Source of the DNA: Macrostomum lignano
Lineage: Eukaryota
Length of the DNA stretch: 64,000 bases
Assembly (NCBI GenBank): GCA_002269645.1
Contig: NIVC01003637.1
Coordinates: 22,390-86,389 of the forward strand
Direction of reading: 5' to 3'
Shown here: positions 52,531 to 64,000 of the stretch, one piece after another
How the letters are laid out: each line of letters opens with the position of its first letter
Position numbering within the stretch: the stretch's first letter is position 1
The notes under the pieces: generated by a model
What the model was told of the DNA's origin: nothing
Database searches by the model: none
What the model saw: the letters and a program-made list of their open reading frames with translations, nothing else
Made by a program: the position numbers and the translations under genes

Positions 52531-55500
52531 ATGAGATTGTCCAACTTCTAAAACACCTGAGTGATTTGGGTGCTGCAGATGGCATTTATAAGTTTCCTAA
52601 ATGCTAGGAATGAGCCATTGCATTCATTCAATCCTATTTGACTAACTGTGAAAAATAAACTATATTAAAATTAGATTTAAAAATTAGAACTAGACAACAA
52701 AAATTTTGATTTCCAATTTATTTAAATCTAAATTTGCACTTACGTGGTTTGCTTCTATAGTTAGGAAGATGGCTGCCCTTTTTCAGAGAAAATTCCAATA
52801 CAAAAGGGGGTTTGATATATGCCATGCCGGTGCATTGTAGAGAGAAAATTGCAGTGCAGTACAGCGCAAGATAATATTTTCTTTGACTAAAAATAAGCAT
52901 GTAATTTCTTTTTATTTGCATTTTTTGTTTATAAGTATATTGATGGCTTTTTAATTAATATACATTAACATTGCTTTTTATATGAAACAGATTCAAATAC
53001 AAAGTTTTACAAGCATTTTTCAAATGGAAAATATTGATTTTTGCATTTTATAAGTTGTAGTACACATCACAGGAAAACTTTTTTGATAGGATTTGTTCTG
53101 GTGCAGGTGTGCCATTAGACTCTAGAAGGTTACATGTATGCTGGAATTTTCTGGCATACCATTGGAGAGTTTGGCTATTTTAGCATACCACTTTGAGCTT
53201 GAGAAAGTTTTGGCAAACTGCAATAATGTTTATTTAGTTTAAATGTTTTTTAAACTAAATGTGCATTTCAATGACAATAAGAGTTTTTTAAAAATGTATT
53301 TTTATATACAATATTAATAATATTTTTCTAAACAAAAACTTTAAAAAATATTTTATCTATTTAAAATTACTAAAATTGCTCTAGTAATTACATTTTTTGC
53401 TTTTGTAAGACATTATAGGAAAGATTAGATGTTTAAAAATCTTTTTAGAAAATTTAAAATGTATTACTTTAATAGCATTTTTTATCTTTTAATTGTTGCT
53501 TGATTGTTGTAATTAAAAAAAAGTTATTTTTTGTTACAACTGCAAGAAAGTGGTATATTATAACAAAAGAGGCATTTTTCCAGCATACCATGCCACATTA
53601 TCTAAACACATGAAAAATATGATAATAGTCAAATAGGTTGAGGTTTAAAATTCACTAACTACTGAATTTTTATTCTACTTAACTGCTTAACAAAACTTGA
53701 CTTGAATACTCAGCTTAAGTACTTGACTTGACTTGACTTTGACTTGACTTGACCAAAACCTGAGTTTGTCTAGGTACTATGCTCTAGTTGTACTAACTTA
53801 TACTAAACTACAAGTTAGGCTAATATAGTAATATATAGTAATATCACTTGACTAGGCCTACTAATAGTAATTAATACATATGTCTATATATACATATTAT
53901 AATAATGAATGCATCCTTAGCTATTGTATACCTAAATAAGCCTGGATACCAATGGTAGACCTTGATCCTGATTGGATCCCAACCAATTGTGAGTCCTAAC
54001 TTTTATGAATTCATTCTTACTCAATCCTACCTGACTAGATTTTCAATGTTGGTCATTTCCATTACCGAATAACTTGCAAATGGTAACACAAGTTTACTTT
54101 TCCATAAAGCATTCCTTACGCAAGTTACTTTCCTATTTTGGTAACGGAGTAACAGTAAGTTAACTTGAATTTTGGGAAGTATGTTACAGTTACTTTGCAA
54201 CAATTATAATATTTAAATTTAAAACTGATATGCTTAGCTATTATGCTAGTTGTCACATTTTTTTGCATTTGTCATTCCTAAATTCAAAACTAAGTGAATA
54301 GTATTGTATGGTATTATGCTATAATTAATGAAATGTGTTTTTATTTTGTTAATTTTGATAAAATATTTTCACTTATCATTTTCAAGTCAATAAAAATATT
54401 TTGTTTAGTTGTTAGAAACAAACTACCAAAGAAAAAAATGTATCTGTACTCTCCAAAGTTTTTGGTACCTGCCATGCTCAACCCTATCCCCCCCCAAGCA
54501 ATTAGGGGGTGCAGCTGGCTATGCGATTAAGTCCACTGGCATTGCACTGCACAATCTTTTATATTAATGATAATAATTGAAAAAAAAATAAATAAAATAA
54601 GACTAGTAAAGCAGACTGCAGAGTGCAGTAAAGCCAGGTAGCTATTACGAGCTACATGTTATAACATATAATGTTATTATTGTTATTAAAAATTAAAATT
54701 GTGTTTTGCTTTTAAAGTTTCTGATACTTCTCTTCTTTTTATGGAAATAGCCTAAAGTCATAGGCAGTGGGAGCTTGCGGCACTAGGGGCACATGCCCCC
54801 TAGAAAATTAGTCCACATGGTAATTTTTAGTGCTTTTTCTAATTTTAGGTCCTAATTAGCAGCTTGTAAAGGTACCCGTGCCCCCCCCCTTGCCCTGTGC
54901 CCAGTGCCCCCTTTAAATAGGCCTATTAGGCTCTACCACCCCTGCCTAAAGTGGTTAAAATTTAATACAGTTACTAAAATTAATGTTGTTGTATTCTTCC
55001 TTCTGGCTTTTTGACCATTTGTGTTATTCTTGACCTGTGCATTTACAATGTTAAGGAAGTAGAAAATTTTGTAAATAACAGGTAATGGAAATGAGTAACG
55101 GAAGTAACTTAAAGGTTACTGGGTTTTTGTACAAGTACAAAGTTACTAGGCTAACATAAATTACTTTTTAAAAAGTGGTAACTTAAATTACAGTAATGCA
55201 AGTTACTTTTCTAAGTAGGCCTAACTTGCCCAACACTGTAGATTTTTCCTATCCTAGTTAGGCTCTACCTTTTATACCATTTCTCTATATTCTATAAGTT
55301 ATAAAAATATATTTTTAACTAAAATGATATTTCAATCAAGTAAGTTTTAGGTATAATATTTTACCTTAAAATAAAAAATGCTTATTTCAATGCTTATTTC
55401 AATGCTTTTGGAATTTATAGGGCATTTATAACAATCATCATCTAACTCAACAGGTAATTTTATACAGTTTTTTAAATTTTCATTACAGAAATAACACCTA

Positions 55501-56572
55501 GTTTTTGACAATTTTCATGAGAATGAGAAATTAAAACTTAGGACCAAACTGTGTATTTTACATATTCTGAGTCTAACTCTAAGTTCAACCAAGTTCAAAA
55601 AGTTTGACATAATAATACATTAATACCCATGCATTAATGGGAAAATCAGAGGGCCCCATTAGATGCCCAAGGATTTCTCATTAACACCCACAAAGCATGG
55701 GTATTACTATTATTGTGCCATAGATATTTGTGTCCTTGACAAAGTGGGACAAAATTAGTGGGCAATTAATGACATTAACTGCCAACTAATCTGCATTAAA
55801 GTAAGTTTGAAATAGACAATAGGGCGTTAAATGTCATTAACTGCCCACTAATTTGCATTAAAGTAAGTTTGACTCCTGAAAGCGGGCTTAAATGTAGTCT
55901 ATGGCATTAAAAGGCAAGAATAAGTGCCCATGAAGTATTGTCATGGTACAATACTTAATAAAAGGTAGTAGATAGGCTAGACTAGACAAGCACAACATTC
56001 ACTAAATGATAAAAAATATGTAAACCTAATCATAATAAAGTAGGATAAAATGGTAATGTAGTACACAAGTTTATTACTTTGTCTTAAGGCCCAACACCCC
56101 TAGCCCTCTTAAGTCTTAATTACCAACCAATTCAATTGGTTTGTATTAAATTGAAAATGGAAGTCTTAGTAGGCCTAACACTTAGAAAATAGCAATTAAT
56201 AATTATTGTTAGAATGTATTTACAGTACATAACATAAAATTCAATTAACATGGAGCCTACCCGCCACTGCTTATAAAACAATGCACAGCACGACAGAAGG
56301 ACAGGACCTTGTCCTTATCTATATTTCTTTATCTATATCTATGTTCTTTATATTTCTAAGAAACAGTTGCGATTGAAATGTGCGTCTTGCAGTCTGAATA
56401 ACAAAACTATATTATATTTTCCAGAAATATTTATAGCATGCAACAAATTACTTCTCGAACTTAAAAAACGCATACTAATGGCACTGATAAAAAACGAGTA
56501 AATGCCAAATTGTATTTCGAACACATGCACGGGGGCCCACGACATTTTGTGCTTTTTATATATGTACGTCGT

Positions 56573-57245
56573 CATGCCTTACGGGAGCACGAGAAATGCC
56601 CGTAGACAAATTGCCCGCCGAGATTTGCACGCAGTGCATTTTGCCCGTGAGTGAATTGCCCTTCGTCGAAATTTTCCCGCCGAGAATTTCCCGCCGAGAT
56701 TTGCCCGCATTGCAATTTGCCCGCAAGTGAATTGCCTGCGATCAAATTGTCCCGCTGAGTTTTTTTCCTGCCGAAATTTGCCGCAATACTTTTTTTCTGC
56801 AGTGAGTGCATTTAGCCACGCGGCAGATTTTGTCTGCATATTGCCTCACCAGCAATGCTTAGTAAAGCTAATACAGATTGTACAGGATCAAACGTTTTGA
56901 TAGTAACTGCATGCATATCAAATGCTTATTTGGGGGGGGGGGCGGGGGGCAATGCAGCTAGAAGCTAGCCTGTAAAATGCGCTGCAGGAAAAAGCATTAT
57001 TGCGGGCAAACCTCAGCGGGAAAAAAGCTCGGCGAGCAATTTCGCTCGCGAGCAAATTGCACTGCGCGGGCAGGCAAATCTCGATCGGCGGGCAATTCTC
57101 GGCGGCCAAATTAAATCTTCCACGGGCAATTCGCTCACGGGCAAAATGCACTGCGGGCAAATCTCGGCGGGAAAGCTCGGTTGGTAAATCTCGTCGGGCA
57201 AATCTCCTACGAGCAAATCGATCGGCGGGCATCGTCTGCTGGCAT
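56573..57245. mobile_element. Foldback-type element with long, internally repetitive inverted arms
   Basis: 56610-56790 (TTTGCCCGCCGAGA-type subrepeats, GCAGTGCATTTTGCCCGTGAG) is mirrored by 57000-57230 (CTCACGGGCAAAATGCACTGC, TCTCGGCGGGCAAA); a related fragment lies at 62690-62815. Confidence 0.65.
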
Positions 57246-59212
57246 AAGGACCCCATGCTACACGTCGGTATCTTCTAATAATAATTTGATTGACCATTCA
57301 GATGCCAACAAATAAGAACGACAAACTCCGGCGAGCACGAGAATTTTCCGGGGGCCCATCACAAGCTCGAATAAAATCACATCGTCGAAAAGTTTAGCAA
57401 CCACCATATCACAAGCTCGAAAAGTCATAAACTCAAAAAATCACATCGTCGAAAAGGAAGCAGTTAGGGTTGGGGTTAGGGGTAGGTTTATTAAATTGAA
57501 TGCAAAACTGAGCTGAACTGAATTAAGGACATTTAAATTTGTCAACAATAAACCGCTGATGAAGGTATTTTTGGAATATTTAAATAATATTGGTTAGTAC
57601 CTTAGGGTTTTGGTTCAAGAGGTTAGGCTAGGGTACCGGTGCCTTAGGGTTAGGGTTAGTGCCTTGGGGTTACACTAATCGAAAATTATTGCGAAGATTG
57701 CAATCTGATTGTAATTCTTCTTGTGAAAAATTGCAATAAAAGTGCAATAATTATAATTGAAAATTGCAATCATCATTGCAATTATTATAATTATAACGCA
57801 ATTTTATTGCAATCATTACAATTGAAAATCAAGGAGTTTTCTCATCCTTGCTATAAATGTACGCGCATGGTTTGCCTTCAGCTGTTCTTCAGGCGGCTTT
57901 TAGCCCTTCCATACCCAGGACCAGGTGTATGTTAGTTGCGCAGCTGCTCGCCTGTCAGCAGTGCAGTCATGGCAGTGGTAGGGCATTCTCCATGACTTTG
58001 CCTGCTTGGTATTGAAACTTAATGCTATGCTCGTATTCAGGAAAAGAAGTAACACAAACAAAGTTTAAAAAGGTGTAATAATGAAACATATTTCGTAGAG
58101 AGATTGCTTAAGCAATATTCTATGTACTACAAATTTATTATGGTAAAAACGATAAAAATGTTGGACATGTGACTTTTACCAATTGAATTGTCAGCCGAGC
58201 TATTAACCTGTAGTTCATTCTAAACTGCTTCATGCACATGACATACCAGATGCAAAACAGTCAACTGCTTGCTGTTCCTCTTCAACCCTGCTCATTTGCA
58301 ATACAGGCAGCTAGGTGGTGTAGATTCATGATTGATGAAGCAGATACTGCAACTTTGCCTGATGGTAATAGCTCATTCTTTTCATCATCAAAATCGATAA
58401 TCACTTGGCAAGTCTTATTCATGAGTACACTGCATGTCTGATCTCTTGTATGCCATGAATAAAAGGTGAAAAGGGTTTTGTCATGTAGTATATAAACTTT
58501 TGGGACTTTACCAAATACATATATGCTAGAAACTAGATAATAGCTAGAAGGAAGTAGCCAAGCACAGATATCGCTAATACTACCATAGCAATTTTCCTTA
58601 TTTAAGCTAAGGTCTTTAGGTTTTTTTAAAGAACAAGATAGTAATTATTAGTTATTAAAATGATTACATAGATTGCACAAAAGTATAAATAAACAACTAT
58701 TCCTTCAATTATAAAAGGAGAACAATAATTTAGTATAATATAAATAATATAATACCATATAGATCTAACCTTTGCTTTAGTTGGCCAAAAATACTTATAA
58801 ATGTTTTTCAAATATTTAATCACTTTACTAGCATTAGGCAGTTTCTTAGCCATGATATGTACCATCATAGGAAAATTTCCAACTGAACAGTGCAAGTCTC
58901 CTAAAAATTAGTTGATTCATCTTTAAATCTATTACAAGCAAGTGGACAACTTATTTTTATTATATAGGATTTAGTTAGTCAACATATGCTTAATTCATTT
59001 TATTGGGCCATGGGTAAAAGCTTAAATGCTTATTGAAAAGCCAAAGGATATAAGTATTAGTTGGTAAAGCTAGTATTAATACTATATAGCTATTGTTATA
59101 CAGATATATAATTAATACAATGCTTATAGCCTTCCAAAAATAAATAATTAAATGGTATTTACTCTAATGATTATAGAATACATGTATTTGCAAACTACCA
59201 TAATGTGTATAT

Positions 59213-59252
<40 letters not shown>

Positions 59253-60797
59253 TAAATATATACATGTAAATAAACTTTGAATGCTCAAAGTTAAATAAAA
59301 TGCACTAGTAGTAATAGTATCATTATACAATACTACCAACTAGGCCCTATCCAAAGAAAAAACTTCCTCTTGATCTTTTGATAAGAATATATATCAAAAT
59401 TAGCCTTCAGAAAATTAGAAATTAGAAAATTAGAAATTAGAAAATTAGAAATTAGAATTAGAAATTAAAAAATCTTAAAGTATTTTCTCCTTTAGTTACC
59501 TTTATCATGGTCTCAAATTATGACATGCTTATCTGAAAGCTAAAAATAATATACATATAAATGGAGTATTATACATATTATACATATTAATGTATGTATT
59601 ATATAAAGAGATGGTGTAATTTTCTTCAGAACATGGTTTTGCTCTTCTAGTTTAGTAAGTGCTTCTATTATCAAGCAGAATTAATAAGTATGAATGCTTC
59701 GACTCTATTATTATTACTAAGCAGGTAAATTTTTACTAACGTGGCTAAGCTTTATGTTCTTACAGTCCCCATACAATACTTAACAGGAACAGAAAGCTTA
59801 TAGGCCTATGGAACCACAGTCCCTATACAATACTTAACAGGAACAGAAAGCTTATAGGCCTAGAACAATGAAAAATCTTGATCTTTAATTGTTAAATTTT
59901 TAAACACTAAAATACGAGAAGAAAGAGGCAGAGCGAGAAATATTTGTAAGTGGCAAGTGCCTGAGTCTGAGTTCCATGTCCAAACACAAAAATAAAAAGT
60001 GCAACTTAAATAATAGCCTAGAGGATGCGCGTAGATGAATCAAAATATTGTCTGCAATTTTAGTATAAGAAACAAACAAATATCACCGAAGTCCAGCTCA
60101 TTTTGCAGCTTATATCGTTTAAAAATCTATACAACAGTAAACTACATTTTTGATTTTTCTCAACGTACCCTTTTTCATGCTACAAACCATACATATTTCA
60201 AATATTTGATTAACAATTTAAACGTCATAAAATTATAATAATTCTAATAATAATATTTAATACACATTGTAATTATTGCAATGTGCATTGTTCCTGGATA
60301 ATTGGTAAAGGAAGTTCCTTTGAAAGGCCTAAATTGCCATGGTTTTGCTGGGAAGAACAGGAAGAGTTATTTGGAAGAGTTCTGGTCAGTTGAATGTGCG
60401 CCATTGTATTATCGCAGACAAGCATTGCAATAATTATAAGAAAAATTATAATTCATATTGTAATTTTTGTACTGAAATTGCGCTACATAAGAAATATTAC
60501 AATAATTATAATTTTTTCGCAATTTTTTCGACTAGTGTAGGGTTAGAGCTTGTGACTTTTCGAGCTTGTGATGGAGCCAATTGTTTTCGACGATGTGATT
60601 TTTCGAGCTTATGATGGCAACCCCAAATGTATGTATCTCTGCCATCATGCATACATGCATATGCTTTGCCCGCAGTGCACTTTTTACATGTATAAATTCC
60701 TTCACGAAATTTAGCTCTTACATTATTAATAAAATATTTCCCAATTGGTGAAAATATCTGATCTCTCATTTCGAAACCGCATGTCAACTTTTTTCTA

Positions 60798-62108
60798 CAC
60801 TCAGCAACAGTCAAAAGTTCCACCATCCAAATTGCGAAAACTTTTCACTCACAATTCAACCCTCAAGTTACGCAACTAAGCCGCCGCGAGGAAGGGAAAG
60901 TTGTTGTGTTTTGTGCGTTGATTCAGCGCTGAACCGAAGGCTGTTATAACAAGAGCATAGCTTAAGTTGAATGTATATTTTGTTTGTATCAGATTAAACA
61001 TGCCTTTTGAGGGAGTTATATATTTACCGACCTCAAACCCATATAATATCTTATACATATAAATCACGAGGGCCTGAGGCCCGAGGTATTTATGAAAATA
61101 ACTCCCGAAAAAGGCATGTGTAATCTCGTATAGACAATAGACATAAAGGGCCGTATGCAGAAAGCCTAGTCCAGACTAGCTAGTCCGGACTTGGGTAGTT
61201 CAGTCTATAGTCTATGGTCCAGCTAGCATAGTTCTGCTATAGTAGACTGGTCTAACTTTGTGTTTCTGCATACCAAATCCAAGTCCAGACTAGCTTTTCA
61301 AGACCGGACTACCCTAGACAGAGCTTTCTGCATACGGCCCAAAGACTTTACGGGATATTATTGAATATTACCAAATAAAATCCCGGAGAACGCAAATATT
61401 GTCACGGAAAGTCTTTATTTCTATGGATTATAACGATATAAGTAACGGCAAGCCTTTATAGAGTCAGAGTCAGTCGGTAGCTGTTTGGGACACAGACAAA
61501 TAAGTTAAAGCTGGGGCAACGACTGAAAATAAAAGTACATTGGATTCGGATCGGTATACAACAAAAGTTGATTGAATATCGATCAATTCTCGTAGTAAAC
61601 GTCAGTCGCACAAAATCATAAAATTTTTATGCAATATTCAGTTAGAATCGCGATGCGTGTGGGATCCCCTCGCACGCAGAAGTGCGACGACTCTGCGGGG
61701 AATCCCAAGGATGAGGCAGCGCAGAAAGTTCTGAGGGAGCTGCTGCCAAAGCGTTTTCAATGGCATGACGCAGAGCTCTCCGCAACATTCTATGGTGGAT
61801 TCTCTTTTCGAATGCTACGTTTTAGGAAGTCCCAGGCTTGCTCGATGGGATCCATGTCTGGGGGCCGGGAAGGCCAGCGCAGAGTGCGCAGCTGTAGCTG
61901 TTCTTTCAGTTGACTGACAGCATCGGCTCGGTGTGGCGGGGCGTTGTTCCTGTGCTTGGGTCTGCTTAATGTCCAGGCCTGGACCATAAGCAGACCCAAG
62001 CCACCCCAAGCGGCAATAAGCTTTGCGCGTGCCGTAGGTTGCGTCACTCGCAATAAGTGAAAAAATCATCTCGCTTAGTGGGGTGGAACTTTTGACTGTT
62101 ACTGAGTT
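60798..62108 (-). mobile_element. Internally deleted Tc1-family transposon with TIRs and TA target duplication
   Basis: TIRs CACTCAGCAACAGTCAAAAGTTCCACC (60798-60824) and GGTGGAACTTTTGACTGTTACTGAGTT (62082-62108), TA on both sides. The transposase C-terminus on the minus strand reads NNAPPHRA..LRWPSRPPDMDPIEQAWDFLKR. Confidence 0.85.
61148..61340. mobile_element. PIF/Harbinger (Tourist)-type MITE nested in the Tc1 element
   Basis: 18-bp perfect TIR GGGCCGTATGCAGAAAGC / GCTTTCTGCATACGGCCC; 3-bp AAA flanks on both sides. Confidence 0.75.
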
Positions 62109-62263
62109 TAATTCAGGAGTGGGTCAGGGCTTTTATTACATGTACCATGTCCCGAAGTTGGAACAGCGGGATGGCGCGGACGCCCATTCCGATAGTCCAT
62201 GAACGGCTGATGCATACATCGCTATATATGGTGTAGATATCTAGTGTACATATAGTGTATATA

Positions 62264-62647
62264 CTCAGCAACAGCTAAACCCCCCCCAACTCACGCTGTC
62301 ACACGGCCCAAAAGTTTGTATGCCATCGGTGACTCGGAAGCAGCTCGGCATTCGCACATTGAACTGGCCGTCAAAGTCTCCAGACATGAACCCCATCGAG
62401 CATGTCTGGGACTTTGTAAAGCGAAGAGTTCAGCAGGATGCCCCACAGAATGCTGAACAGTTGCGACTGGCGGTGCTGAATGCCTGGCAGCAGCTGCCCC
62501 AAGAGTTCATCAACTGGCTGGTGATCAGGATGCCACGACGAGTCACGGCACTTTTGCATGCTCGTGGTTCCTACACACGATACTGAGACTAGAATTAAAG
62601 ACATTGCTTAACTTTTGTGCCCGGGGGGGGGTTTAGCTGTTGCTGAG
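62264..62647 (+). mobile_element. Miniature Tc1 derivative (384 bp) retaining the transposase C-terminus
   Basis: TIR CTCAGCAACAGCTAAACCCCCCCC and its reverse complement, TA flanks; ORF 62320-62586 LNWPSKSPDMNPIEHVWDFVKRRV..MPRRVTALLHARGSYTRY. Confidence 0.85.
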
Positions 62648-62957
62648 TATATATAGTGTACATATCTCAGCAGGGGATACATGTACATGTAGTAGAAAAC
62701 TCTCCCGCGGGAGAATCTCGGCGGGCAATTTGCCTGCGACAAAATGAAATAGCGTGCTCCTCATATTTACTTTTTGACTTTATATACATGTACATGTACG
62801 TCGTCATGCGACGTCGCTGACAAATATGTGCTTTTACATCGCATGGACAGATAACGTCGTCATTCGTTAGCTGATCGTCCGTGGAATGTAAAAATGTGTA
62901 AAAATGCCAATGCATGACGTCGTCAGACGTCAGGAGTTTCTCAGCCAATCTGATTGC

Positions 62958-64000
62958 TGTACGACGGGTATTAGTTTTGCGCAACACAATGTCGCGACTC
63001 TTAGTCATTTCTTCAGTTCATCTGTGTACTTGATTCTGTTCTTACGCTGTTTTACATGTACATCTCCCTCTGTCTATACGTCAATCTTTTTCTCTTTCCA
63101 TTGACATAAATACATGTGTACCCCACCCGGCCTAGTCCGGTCTGGGCAGGCCAGCCAAACTCTCAAACCAATCAGATCACCAGAACTCTAGTGGCGTGCA
63201 AGCCGGATACACATCACGGCCCCCCCCTCGAAAAGCAATGAGAAGCAATGCATGGGGAACACAACAGTCCATAGAATGCACACAGTCAAAAGTTATTCAG
63301 TTCGCCAATCAACTCGGGCTAAACCGGACCGGAGCTCTTCTTGTTCGGCCGCTTCGTCTCAGCGGAGTCAACGGCGTCTCATTCACCAGCGCCCTTGCTT
63401 GCACCTATTCCGGCATCGGGTGTGTTGCTATCCGCTGACGATGTACTCGGAATGCGAATCAGGTTGCCAGAGTGCCATCGCGTGCCATCGTCTAGCTGCC
63501 AGGACTCCGGGCCCAGCCGCCGGGTGATCCTTCGAGTCTCGCCGAGCCTTGTCGCCGTCTGTGACTTGCAGACGCGCACGGAGTCGCCAGCCTACAGTCG
63601 CGAGGGTCGGTTCCTCCTCGGCGCCGATCGGTGCCCAGCCTGGCCTTCTCGACTCCTTGTTGGCCTGGACTCGATGCTCGGTCCCCGATGGCGCCGTTGG
63701 AATCAGGGGCGGATGCCTCGGCCCACTGGCTCAGAGGTCCTCGAAACGGCAGACCGATCATCAGCTCAGCCGGCGTTAGGCCCGTGGTTGCACTCGCTGT
63801 CGACTGGTAGCAGTGCAGGAACTCGCAGATTACCTCCTTGAAGCTGATGCCGTTCTTGAGGTGCGCCTTCAGCGACTCCTTCGGAGTGCGTTTGAGGCGC
63901 TGGACTTTTGAGTTTGACTGAAGGTGTACAGCGAGGTCCTGGAATGCTGCATGCCGTGGCTGGAAAGAAACTCCTCGAAGGCGTGAACTGCGGCCCGTTG
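62958..64000 (-). mobile_element. 3' end of a degenerate Gypsy LTR retrotransposon (integrase C-half, PPT, probable 3' LTR)
   Basis: NGPQF..FEEFLSSHGMQHSRTSLY..RLKRTPKESLK..EFLHCYQST..TTGLTPAELMIG (frameshifted), then VRVCKSQ..ITRRLGPESWQLDDGTRWH. Polypurine tract at 63220-63229 is followed by TG at 63216; the far end of the LTR is uncertain. Confidence 0.75.

Noticed and set aside
54750-54952. Possible hAT-type MITE (CCTAAAGT on both sides, CAG..CTG ends)
   Set aside because: TIR and duplication boundaries do not register consistently.
57465-57670. Telomere or interstitial telomeric array
   Set aside because: Only a few degenerate TTAGGG units embedded in a repeat module.

Overview
Eukaryotic (animal) genomic DNA with GT-AG introns, GC-rich exons, AT-rich spacers and about 25% tandem repeat. 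The style suggests a free-living flatworm such as Macrostomum, but this is an unverified inference. Four conventional spliced genes can be rebuilt by hand: the 3' end of a PGRMC/MAPR gene (+), a complete myosin regulatory light chain (+, 165 aa), an APBB/Fe65-like WW-PTB-PTB adaptor (-, 5' end not found) and a complete GRAF/ARHGAP26-like BAR-PH-RhoGAP-SH3 gene (-, about 731 aa). The 1.5-21.3 kb region holds a cluster of at least five pieces of an intronless secreted-protein family (signal peptide, two C-type-lectin-like domains, Pro linker, unassigned Cys-rich C-terminal domain with hypervariable segments). All are disrupted as assembled, and part of the cluster is an inverted duplication. Mobile elements include a full-length LOA-like LINE with a 15-bp TSD inside a mariner, Tc1 derivatives, a Harbinger-type MITE, two tRNA-derived SINEs, RTE, I-clade, Gypsy and hAT remnants, and foldback elements. 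Three different intronic minisatellites in the APBB-like gene share an RGGTCA-N4-AGGTCA (DR4) core. No CRISPR, rRNA or genuine tRNA gene was seen. All coordinates and translations were derived by eye; no searches were run.
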